Shown piece by piece: positions 39,414 to 48,361 of a stretch of DNA of 64,000 nucleotides. The position numbers and the translations under genes were made by a program. The first letter of the stretch is position 1, and each line of letters opens with the position of its first letter. This DNA is from Candidatus Latescibacterota bacterium. GTDB lineage: Bacteria > Latescibacterota > UBA2968 > GCA-2709665. The notes below the pieces were generated by a model. That model was given only the letters and a program-made list of their open reading frames with translations. It did no database searches and was not told the DNA's origin. Location of the stretch: NCBI GenBank assembly GCA_965116875.1, contig OZ220733.1:2016001-2080000 (forward strand), written 5' to 3'.

Positions 39414-42400
39414 ATGTCCTATTCGAAAACCACCATCAGTCGAACGCCTTTCCGGAATTCGCGCTGTTCTTGCATTGCGATCACGATGGCGCTGATTACC
39501 GTAGCGCTCTTTTGCCCCCGGACCGCATTGTCAGGAAATATCCACGCAGTGCGCTCTCCGGACGGGAGTACGCTCGCTTATGCCATCGAACGCGGCGAAC
39601 GGCGAGCGTTGCTGACGGAGATATGGCTGTCCCGAGACGGCGGCGGCAGTCGCGAAAGGATCAGGACCTACCCGGGCGCGGCGGGCTCCCTCGGATTCCT
39701 GCCGGACGGCAACGCCCTGGTCTATCTGGAACGTGGCCTCAGGTATCCTGCCTTCGGGTCGTACCTTTCGGGCGGCCGCAGCCTGCCGATCGTGAATAAT
39801 CGGATCTGGGAATTGGCGGTCGACGGATCGAACGAGTCCCGCTGGCCGCTTCCACCCGAACTCAATCCGATGGACGTTGCCGTCTCGCCTGACGGAGATT
39901 TTCTCGCGGTTCGGGGAGAGTGGGACGCATTGTTGGACTCGGGTCAAAGGGGGCTCTGGAGGGTTGACCGAACGGGACGGGCAACACAACTCCGGATCGG
40001 CAGGACAGCCGGCGTCCCGCGCTGGTCCGGAGACGGCGCCAAAGTCTATTTCACCGAGGGCGACACGACGTCGAAGGAAGTCAAGTTCGTGCACGTGGAG
40101 ACCGGAGAAGTGGGTACCGAAACCGCCTCCGAAGCCGCCGGCGTTCGCGGCGTTGCCGAGACCCCACGCGCCGAATTCGAACCCACACCGGACACCCGCG
40201 ACCAGATTTCCCTTCAGAAAGCCCTGGTCGAGCTCCAGAGAGGATTGAGCCGGTACAGCCGGATGAACTCGGCCGTGCACCGGGCGGACCGCCACCGGGA
40301 GAAGGACGCGCGAAAGGCCGTTGAACGGATGTTCGCGGGGTTCCATAAACACCACAAGGCCCTCCGGATCTCGAAAGCAAGCTGCCTCGCCTACGTGGCG
40401 ACGCTACGTGAACAGCAGCTGAGAACCGATGCCGCCGCCGGAGAACATGCCTGCCTGGAACACATGCTCGTGTTGAACGACCTGGCAGGGCGCTACGCCG
40501 AAAAACACGGCGCCCTTCCAACTGAACACGGTATTCTGTTCGGGTGGTTGAAACAGAAAGTCGATCTGCATGCGACCGGGGAAGCGGAACTCAGGCGGGA
40601 CAGGGAAGTCCTGGACATTGTCTTCAGTTGCCCGGCAACTTCCGATTCGGAGCCGTTGATCGAACATCTCTACAGGCCGGATGCCGCGCCCGGAATGCCA
40701 ATCCTGGCCTGTTTCCGGCACCCGGACCGGTATCTCCACCTGACGGAAACGCCGGACGCACGACGCCTCGAGGCGGTGGACATGCGTTCTGGGACGGTCG
40801 ACTCCCTCTTCGCCGTGGTCGTGCAGCGAACCGGAGAGGACCGGTTGCTGGAGGCGGCCGCCCTCTTCCAGCTCGTCGCCGTTCAGCGCCCGAAGGACGC
40901 GCCTCTCCATATCGAACTGGGGCACGCGTACTACAGGGCGAAAGACTACAAACGCGCGATGTGGGCCTTCAAGAAAGCGATCTCTCTACAGGGAGGCGCC
41001 AGGGCCTATTACGGCGTGGGTCTGGTCTATGGGGAGATTCCGAAGGAACGCAACCTGGCCATCCACTATTTCCAGGAGGCCCTCGCCCGGGACCACGGGT
41101 ACGTGGACGCCAGGTATCAGATCGCCAGGCTGCGCTACCTGATGAATGAGTACGACGTGGGCCGCGCGGTAGACCGGGTGCTGGAACTCGACCCAAACTA
41201 TTCGGACGCCTATCGCCTGATGGGCGACTGGTACGCCGATTTCTGGAAGGACTACGAACAGGCCATCGTCTGGTACACCCGATACATGGCGCTGAGACCC
41301 GGTGATTCCAGCCTTCGCAGCCGGCTGGGCATTGCCTACCTGATGATCGAAGACTACGAAAAAATCATGGCGAAGCTGCTTGGATTCGTCGAAGAGAACC
41401 CCGATGCAATTGAACTCATGCCGATCGTTGCGCAGGCATCCATGAAGCAGGGAAAGCCGGATATGGCGATGGAGTTTTTCGAGGACTACGTAGCAAAACT
41501 CCCGTCCCACGAGCGGATCTTGTATGAGGATATCCGCCTGGTTTCGTCGTTCGCAGAACTCGGCGAATTCAACAATACTCCGGAGGCTGAACGCCCCGCT
41601 TTCCTGAAACGGTTCTGGAACGACCGGGATCCGGACCTGTCCACGCCGGTAAACGAACGTTTGCTGGAGCACTACCGCCGCGTCTGGCACGCACTCACCG
41701 AATTTTCGGAAAACAAACAACCGTGGGACGTGAGGGGCGAGGTCTACGTTCGATTCGGAGAACCGGACCACCGCTCCAGGTCCGACCGGCCCAACTACAA
41801 ACAAAGCCTGGCCGTACAGCGGGTCAAAGAACGCCTCGCCGCGAATATCTACGGCGCCGACGGCATGGGTGAGTCGTTTATGGGTCCCGTCTTTCCGGTT
41901 CGCGGCATGCGACGACTGGAGGGTGAATGGTACGAGTTTCGAGAAGTCGAGACTCCGGGATTGCGTGGGGGTGACGCGGGATCGCCAGGCGAAAGCGGAG
42001 GGTCCGCGGGCGGGGATGAACTCGCCGGTGGGGGTGGAGGGTTTGGCGGACCCGTACCGGTCGAGGACGTTATGGATACAGTACGGTTGGGTCTCATGGA
42101 TATGGACAAGCGCCTCGGCTTCGGAGACTATCACCCGGTCACCTCCGGAGAAGACCGGGGGACGATCCCATGGGAGACGTGGATCTACACCGACGTGGGC
42201 GGCGGCATTGAAATCACGTTCACGGACGAATTCGGCGCCGGAACCTATGAATACGCCCCGATGCCGCCGAATCGCGGGGACATCGACCTCGGCCAGACCG
42301 CGAAGTTGAGAAACCACTCTCCAAGGGAGATCTACAAGCGAGCGTCGCGTGTAGAACCCAATTACTATGCGCCGGAAGAGGAGACGGCGCCGCTCGATTT

Positions 42401-43202
42401 TCACTATTCGCTGGCGGACTTCCGGGCCGAGGATGACCGCAGCCTCCTGGAAATCTACTACGGCGTGCCCATTCTCCCTGCTCACTACGATTCGGAAGAG
42501 GACGTCACGCGACAGGTCCTCACGCACCATGCGGCGCTCATTTCATCCACGCTGGACACCGTCTACCGAAAATCGGAAGGGTTGACGTACGAGGCGGAAG
42601 GAAACCAGGCGGGAGAGGGCATCCAGGTTCCCGGCGTCCTGAAGCTGAACCTGCCGCCCGGCGCCTACCGGCTGGAAGTGAGAGCGCAGGACCGGCTCAG
42701 GGGACGAATGGGCGCCTATCGACAGCAGGTCGTCGTAGAGCCATACGGCGAGGAGGGGTTGCAGGTGAGCGATCTCGAACTGGCCTGGAAGGTTGCTGCG
42801 GAAAAAGGGAACAGCCGGTTCAACAAGGGGGACCTGAACGTCATTCCAATGCCGTCGCGAACCTTCAGGAAGGGCCAGGGCGTCTTCGTCTACTACGAAA
42901 TCTACAACCTGGCGAAAGACGCGTTCGGGCAGACGAATTATAATGTGTCCCATACGATCACATCCAGAGACACACCGGCAACCATCAGCAACATCTCACG
43001 CCTGTTCCGCTGGCGAACCGGGAAACGCGAGGAACTGGCCGTCACCTACGAACAGCAGGGGGATGCCGTGCAGGAAGTGGAATACGTTGAATTGGACCTC
43101 GCCGAACAGGCTCCGGGTCGATACTCGCTGAAGGTGGCGATCGAAGACAGGAACAGCGGTGAAACGGCGGAAAAGGACGTTGTATTTGTGATCGCGGAAT
43201 AG
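39414..43202 (+). CDS. TPR and GWxTD-domain protein, paralogue 4
   Basis: GAGG RBS and signal peptide; near-identical to 19795-23652 from RGERRALL onward. Confidence 0.87.
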   Translation: MSYSKTTISRTPFRNSRCSCIAITMALITVALFCPRTALSGNIHAVRSPDGSTLAYAIERGERRALLTEIWLSRDGGGSRERIRTYPGAAGSLGFLPDGNALVYLERGLRYPAFGSYLSGGRSLPIVNNRIWELAVDGSNESRWPLPPELNPMDVAVSPDGDFLAVRGEWDALLDSGQRGLWRVDRTGRATQLRIGRTAGVPRWSGDGAKVYFTEGDTTSKEVKFVHVETGEVGTETASEAAGVRGVAETPRAEFEPTPDTRDQISLQKALVELQRGLSRYSRMNSAVHRADRHREKDARKAVERMFAGFHKHHKALRISKASCLAYVATLREQQLRTDAAAGEHACLEHMLVLNDLAGRYAEKHGALPTEHGILFGWLKQKVDLHATGEAELRRDREVLDIVFSCPATSDSEPLIEHLYRPDAAPGMPILACFRHPDRYLHLTETPDARRLEAVDMRSGTVDSLFAVVVQRTGEDRLLEAAALFQLVAVQRPKDAPLHIELGHAYYRAKDYKRAMWAFKKAISLQGGARAYYGVGLVYGEIPKERNLAIHYFQEALARDHGYVDARYQIARLRYLMNEYDVGRAVDRVLELDPNYSDAYRLMGDWYADFWKDYEQAIVWYTRYMALRPGDSSLRSRLGIAYLMIEDYEKIMAKLLGFVEENPDAIELMPIVAQASMKQGKPDMAMEFFEDYVAKLPSHERILYEDIRLVSSFAELGEFNNTPEAERPAFLKRFWNDRDPDLSTPVNERLLEHYRRVWHALTEFSENKQPWDVRGEVYVRFGEPDHRSRSDRPNYKQSLAVQRVKERLAANIYGADGMGESFMGPVFPVRGMRRLEGEWYEFREVETPGLRGGDAGSPGESGGSAGGDELAGGGGGFGGPVPVEDVMDTVRLGLMDMDKRLGFGDYHPVTSGEDRGTIPWETWIYTDVGGGIEITFTDEFGAGTYEYAPMPPNRGDIDLGQTAKLRNHSPREIYKRASRVEPNYYAPEEETAPLDFHYSLADFRAEDDRSLLEIYYGVPILPAHYDSEEDVTRQVLTHHAALISSTLDTVYRKSEGLTYEAEGNQAGEGIQVPGVLKLNLPPGAYRLEVRAQDRLRGRMGAYRQQVVVEPYGEEGLQVSDLELAWKVAAEKGNSRFNKGDLNVIPMPSRTFRKGQGVFVYYEIYNLAKDAFGQTNYNVSHTITSRDTPATISNISRLFRWRTGKREELAVTYEQQGDAVQEVEYVELDLAEQAPGRYSLKVAIEDRNSGETAEKDVVFVIAE

Positions 43203-43216
43203 GATTGGAGGACAAC

Positions 43217-44335
43217 GTGGTGCCGGAGATACGAAACGGCCGGTCCGCGCGAGGCATTCTGGCGTTCGTAATGTTATCGATTCTGACGGGCTGCGGCAGT
43301 AGTGTGACTACAAGTATTGATTCAAACAAAGGCCCGACGGGAATTGAAGTCGCCGGACACATGACGGACAAGCGTCACGGGCATTATTCGATATTGTTGC
43401 GGGACGGAAGGGTACTGATCGGTGGAGGCGCCGCGGCGGGTGGGACCGGCGCATATTCGACCTATCATACCAGTGCGGAGATTTTTGATCCCGAAACCGG
43501 ATCCTCCAGAGCAACCCACAGCATGTCGACCGCACGAATGGGCGACGAGGGGACATTGCTGCCTGACGGTCGGGTTGTATTTGCAAGCGCGACTCAGCAT
43601 ACCCGTTCAAAGACGTACCCGGTGGAAATATTCAATCCACGAACCGGCGAATTTACGCCAATTCAATTCAATCCCGCATTCGAAAAGATCTCCAAGACTA
43701 CGTTGCTTTCAAATGGAAAGATCCTTGCATTCGGTCGATCCGGCACGATCTGGACGATAGATCCGGAAACGGGCGAGTTTGAATTCAAAAACAGGCTGGC
43801 GGTCCCTCGCGGGGCATACACGGCGACAATGCTGTGGGATGGGCGTGCCTTGATTACCGGTGGGATTACCGATCGCGCGGTCAGAGATTCTGAAATCTAC
43901 GACCCATCGTCCAATATTCTTACGAAGGTCGGTGGTCTGACGCACGAACGGTACGGACACACGGCGTTGCTGCTTCGGGACGGCAGCGTGTTCATTGCAG
44001 GCGGCAGAATAGGTGATCCGTCCTCTCCGACGCAGGTGACGGCCGCTGAGCGTTACGACCTCACCAACAGGAGGTTTTCGCGGGCTGGCAGTCCCGGCAA
44101 CGAGCAGATTCGAGCTGCCGCAGTATTAAACACAGGGAATGTATTTTTCATCCTCCGCAACGGCGACGTGGTACTCTACGACCCGGAAACCGGGACATTT
44201 CATCCCACAGGCCACAGTATTGGGCAAGACTACAAGCACTTTAGCGTAACGGCGCTTCGCGACGGGCGTGTGCTGGTTATTGGCGGATCAAAAAACGGAG
44301 AAACCCTGGATCAGATCCTGGCGTACCGCCCCTAG
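43217..44335 (+). CDS. Kelch/galactose-oxidase-type repeat lipoprotein
   Basis: GGAGG then GTG, lipobox LTGC, and repeated H-x-x-x-LL-x-DGRVLI-x-GG and AEIFDP motifs. Confidence 0.87.
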   Translation: MVPEIRNGRSARGILAFVMLSILTGCGSSVTTSIDSNKGPTGIEVAGHMTDKRHGHYSILLRDGRVLIGGGAAAGGTGAYSTYHTSAEIFDPETGSSRATHSMSTARMGDEGTLLPDGRVVFASATQHTRSKTYPVEIFNPRTGEFTPIQFNPAFEKISKTTLLSNGKILAFGRSGTIWTIDPETGEFEFKNRLAVPRGAYTATMLWDGRALITGGITDRAVRDSEIYDPSSNILTKVGGLTHERYGHTALLLRDGSVFIAGGRIGDPSSPTQVTAAERYDLTNRRFSRAGSPGNEQIRAAAVLNTGNVFFILRNGDVVLYDPETGTFHPTGHSIGQDYKHFSVTALRDGRVLVIGGSKNGETLDQILAYRP

Positions 44336-44358
44336 CCTCGGCGGCTGTGCGGGTCACG

Positions 44359-44445
44359 GGTGGACATTTGGTACAGGTCTTGATCCACGACACGAACACC
44401 GACGAGACGGCGGAAAAAGACGCCGGTTTTGTAATCGCGAAGTAG
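44359..44445 (+). pseudogene. Orphan 3'-end relic of a GWxTD gene
   Basis: Translates as GGHLVQVLIHDTNTDETAEKDAGFVIAK*, matching the paralogue C-termini ETAEKDVVFVIAE* and ETVDKDAGFVIT. Confidence 0.6.
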
Positions 44446-44529
44446 GAACGCATTCTTTAACAGATCGACAAACTGAAGCCTTGGCAATCCGACGCGGCCG
44501 TTCAAACCGATTTCAAGGATTCGAGAACC

Positions 44530-46110
44530 GTGAATTTAAGAGCGCGGAAAGTGTGTAATCTAAAGCGTTACAGCTTACTCGTCCGCCAGACGTGGATGGT
44601 CGTTCTTGCCGTGGCGTGTATCAGTTGCAGTCAGAAGAATACGCCTCAGGGTCCGGCGCCAACGCAAGGTCCGACTGCGTCCGGCGGGTCAATCAATCTG
44701 TCCTTCAGCGATCTTATCCTTACGATGCGGGAAGTCGTCTCCCAGCAGGAAGACATGGCGGGGCTTCGACCGACAGTCGATTTTGCGCAGGATATCCGGG
44801 TGACTCTTGAAGACAGCCTGACAATCTTCCCATTGCCGGATTCGGGTTGGGGAGGCAGGCATCCGAGTACGGGGTGGACGACGTCTTTTGTAACGGTCAA
44901 GTTGAAACCTACCCGCCTGGAAGTTGTGCAGACGGAGATCTTATCCGGTGAAATGCGATTCGATATGCACAACAATATGCCGGAAGATGTTCGGGTAAAA
45001 TTGTATTTCAACGACATCAAGAAAAACGAGGTCATTAACCTGGCAGACGTCATTCCCGCGAACGCCGTTAAGACGGTTCGGCTACCCCTGGGAGGTACAG
45101 TCTTCAGACCTCAGATGAGTTCGAGTGGAAGCGATTTCATTAACAATATATCCGGAAACATGGATGTAGAAACTTCAGGGCTTCGTCTCATCAGCGAACG
45201 GATGGTGGATTGGCGCTACGTCCCGTCCCCCATTGTTTTCAATTCGCTAACCGGCCGTATCGTCGATATGCGAATTCCGTTTGAAACCCATCCGATAGAC
45301 GTCTCCCTGCCGGCGGACTTCGAGGGCGTTCAGTCTGCGACACTCGAAATCAACCTGGCCAATGGGATTGTATTTTCGAAGGAACTAAGTTTGAATGTCG
45401 TGGCTCGTGAGGACACGACAGGCGGGAGGTCAATCTCCCTTGACCTGCCGCCGGAAATGCGTCCACTTGGCGAAGGCGTTCCGGACGATCCTGTGCTTAC
45501 GACGCTGCGTCTCGATGAAACGAACAGCAACATTGTCGACCTGCTCAACCTCAAACCTGCATTCATTGAGATCAGCGGCGACATCCTACTTGGAGGCGTC
45601 AGCCAGTCCACGGTTAGACGGACCGACGGTTTGGATATCCAGGTAGCCATCCGTTCGCCGCTGGAGGCTGCCTTCGAGGAAAATATGGCCGTCTCCGAAA
45701 CGAAGAATATTAGTATCGATACGTCCACCCGCGCCAGACTTGCACGAGCCACGGGTGGAACACTCACGCTGGATCTGGCCAATGGGTTGCCCGTTGGCGT
45801 CGGAATCCGGCTTCTTCTGGGAACGGACGCCGAACGGCTTCTTGAGTCCCCGGACCTGAAGATCCCTCGGCAGGGGGACATTGCCCTCGGCGCCGCTCCG
45901 GTCGACGCGACCACGGGTCTGGTCAACGACCCCGGTACCCGCCGGGAACAACTCACGCTCACGGCGGCCGAGGCGGTTGTACTCTCACGGTCACGCCTCA
46001 AATCCCTTATGGTGATCACTACAGAAGCAACTAACGACCGGAAGGTTCGCATCTTGGATAGCGACGCGGTCAAAATGTCGATAAGGGCCAGGATATCTGT
46101 CAGCGAATAG
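44530..46110 (+). CDS. Hypothetical lipoprotein, beta-rich
   Basis: 526-aa ORF with hydrophobic signal and CISC lipobox-like site; no family recognised. Confidence 0.75.
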   Translation: MNLRARKVCNLKRYSLLVRQTWMVVLAVACISCSQKNTPQGPAPTQGPTASGGSINLSFSDLILTMREVVSQQEDMAGLRPTVDFAQDIRVTLEDSLTIFPLPDSGWGGRHPSTGWTTSFVTVKLKPTRLEVVQTEILSGEMRFDMHNNMPEDVRVKLYFNDIKKNEVINLADVIPANAVKTVRLPLGGTVFRPQMSSSGSDFINNISGNMDVETSGLRLISERMVDWRYVPSPIVFNSLTGRIVDMRIPFETHPIDVSLPADFEGVQSATLEINLANGIVFSKELSLNVVAREDTTGGRSISLDLPPEMRPLGEGVPDDPVLTTLRLDETNSNIVDLLNLKPAFIEISGDILLGGVSQSTVRRTDGLDIQVAIRSPLEAAFEENMAVSETKNISIDTSTRARLARATGGTLTLDLANGLPVGVGIRLLLGTDAERLLESPDLKIPRQGDIALGAAPVDATTGLVNDPGTRREQLTLTAAEAVVLSRSRLKSLMVITTEATNDRKVRILDSDAVKMSIRARISVSE

Positions 46111-46280
46111 GACCGGCGGAAATACGCAGAGTGAAAGTGGAGATCTAGAATATCCTCAAGATCACTGCTGTCCAAGATAGTTTGAAAAAGACGATCTTGG
46201 ATGCGTAAGTACCTGGTTTTCTTGAAAGTCGTTTCGAAGTGTCAATGCAGGTCACCTTCTTTTGGCCACGGGTGTCCTAG

Positions 46281-47980
46281 CCCGAATAATTCATGAATCG
46301 TCAGATAATGCGTTTTAAGGAAGCAGAAAGAGCTTCCGAGAGAGACAAGAAACAAAACAGTGTGGTCTGTGACGGATATGTCGTGTTGAACCGGTATTGG
46401 CGGTGGGTGCAGGCAACACGATGGCTCTGAGGCGTCAGGTTGCGCCGAATGCCGCTGTCAAACGTACAGACGTCTCCATGGTCCTTGGTCGTGTCGATGC
46501 AAACGTGATGGCGAGGTCAGAACTTCGATGGATTATGGAACCCCTGTTGACAGATTATCGAGGATTTTACGATAAAGGTGTTGGAGTGGAAACGCCGTTG
46601 GAAGATGGAACTTGATTTTGGTTTTCAACTCACAAACGCGCGCTGCGACTTTCAAGATGCGGTTTTGCAGGGTATTGAACTGTGCGTTGACCCACTTCGT
46701 GCCGCGCAATCCGATGGTCGCCAGGGCATGCATCAGGACATAGGCGACGCTGTGGAGAAAGAGACGGAAGTGATTGGCTTCAAAGGTGTGACAAGAGGTG
46801 CGATCGGAATGGAGAAAGGTTTTGTGATTCTTGATGAAGTTTTCCATCCTGCCGCGCGCGCAATAGACGTCTTTGTAGATGAATGAGGGCTGGCTACTTT
46901 CGAGGTTGGTCACTACAAAGCGTGCATTGGCTTGTCCCGAAGCGGTGATTTCAGCTTTGTAGATGATGCGTCGTGGCGATGCCCAGGTGTGGGCCTGGTA
47001 ATCGAAACTGGTAAAGCGCTGCACCGCCTGTCCGGTTTCCCGATATTCTGCCTTTGCCTGTTCCATCAACGGATGTGCCTGTTGTTCAAGCCTGTCGTTT
47101 CCAGTCTGTCCCAGCACAAAATACACGTCGTGTTCGTCGCAAAAGTCGTGGACCTCAGGACAAGAAAAATGAGCATCGCCACGCACAAAGACAGCCACGT
47201 GGGGCCACGCCTTACGAAGGGCTTTCACCAGTCGCTTGAGAATGCTGACAATCTGTTTGCCGGAAGGACGCGCACCCGGACGCAGGAGGGTCGTGATCAG
47301 TTTCCCTGTCTGGCCTTCATAAATGTGCAAGGGACAGTAGCAGCGTTGATCATGATAGCCGTTGAACAGAGACAACTGTTGATTGCCGTGAACCTCGTCG
47401 TTGGTGTCATCGAAATCCAGAACGACCGCTTTGGGAGGCACATCGTAGGACGCAATGAACTCATCCACAAAGGCCTCGCCGATGCGAACTAAGTCCCTGC
47501 GACGAATCCCGTTTTCCAATCGACTCATCGTGGGTTGACTGGCCAGGTTCGCGTCAGAGGCCGGCAACCGATCACAGGCCATCTTGAACGCGGGATCCTC
47601 GCGCAACAAATCGCAATCGTTCGCATCTTCATACGCGCACGCGATCTGGAACACACGCTGACGGATCAGGTCTGCCATCGTGTGGTCCACATAACTTGGA
47701 TGCCGACGGTCCGTTAACGCCGCCACGATACGCGACAGGATGCCGGTTTGCAACCCCACCTCCCGAAGCAGCATCACCCCCATATCGCTGGTGAGCGCCC
47801 CGCCATCGAAGACGGCTTCCACCTGCTTGCCCGAAACACTTGCGAAAGAGAGCGTGCATTGATTATCTTGAACGTCCACGGTAGTTTCCTCCATTGTCGT
47901 TGTGTTATGGTTATGACCGTAACCACAATATAATACAATGACTTGGGTATGGAAACTACCTTTTTTATGAATTATTCAGG
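46281..47980 (-). mobile_element. IS1380-family insertion sequence, 1700 bp
   Basis: Terminal IRs CCCGAATAATTCAT / ATGAATTATTCAGG match at 13/14, with a 4-bp target duplication CTAG (46277-46280 and 47981-47984). Confidence 0.93.
46533..47894 (-). CDS. IS1380-family DDE transposase
   Basis: FDGGALTSD, YEDAND, LASQPTMSRLEN, LDFDDT..HGNQQ, RGDAHF and YCARGRMENFIK. Confidence 0.95.
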   Translation of the reverse strand: MEETTVDVQDNQCTLSFASVSGKQVEAVFDGGALTSDMGVMLLREVGLQTGILSRIVAALTDRRHPSYVDHTMADLIRQRVFQIACAYEDANDCDLLREDPAFKMACDRLPASDANLASQPTMSRLENGIRRRDLVRIGEAFVDEFIASYDVPPKAVVLDFDDTNDEVHGNQQLSLFNGYHDQRCYCPLHIYEGQTGKLITTLLRPGARPSGKQIVSILKRLVKALRKAWPHVAVFVRGDAHFSCPEVHDFCDEHDVYFVLGQTGNDRLEQQAHPLMEQAKAEYRETGQAVQRFTSFDYQAHTWASPRRIIYKAEITASGQANARFVVTNLESSQPSFIYKDVYCARGRMENFIKNHKTFLHSDRTSCHTFEANHFRLFLHSVAYVLMHALATIGLRGTKWVNAQFNTLQNRILKVAARVCELKTKIKFHLPTAFPLQHLYRKILDNLSTGVP

Positions 47981-48361
47981 CTAGACAGAAACCGATTGGG
48001 GACCGGTGGGGTGGCGTTCCCGGGAGCGAGGGCATCCTGCCCTCGACATCGGATAACTCCTCGCACACGGTGTTTTCAGTGACCCGGAGTCGTATTGAAT
48101 GGCCCGATCAGTCTCTCGACGGGAATAGGGATCGGTGACGCGAAGCTCGAGGGCAGGATGCCCTCGCTCCGGTTGCGGGTGGATCATGTCGTGGTTGCGG
48201 TTGGAGAGGATGATTGTGGACAGGTGTGCCTCTAGACGTAAAAGAAGGCCAGTGCGAAAACACATTTCGGGGATGCTTTTGGGCTGTGCACGTTTTCCGA
48301 GCCCTGATGACTGGAAGACAACTCAGCCATCGTGACCCAGTTACGGCGAAAGGGTGCCAAT

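Larger units (their letters stand above)
46163..48228. mobile_element. MITE type A, copy 2, interrupted by IS1380
   Basis: 46163-46280 plus 47985-48228 align to 7161-7523. Flanks CCTCAAGAT / CCTCTAGAC match at 7/9. Internal inverted pair at 48023-48046 / 48147-48170. Confidence 0.8.

Noticed and set aside
40986-42530. Long antisense ORFs (514 aa here; also 19978-21375, 22000-22980 and 35355-36362)
   Set aside because: They shadow well-supported GC-rich + strand genes and show no recognisable motifs.
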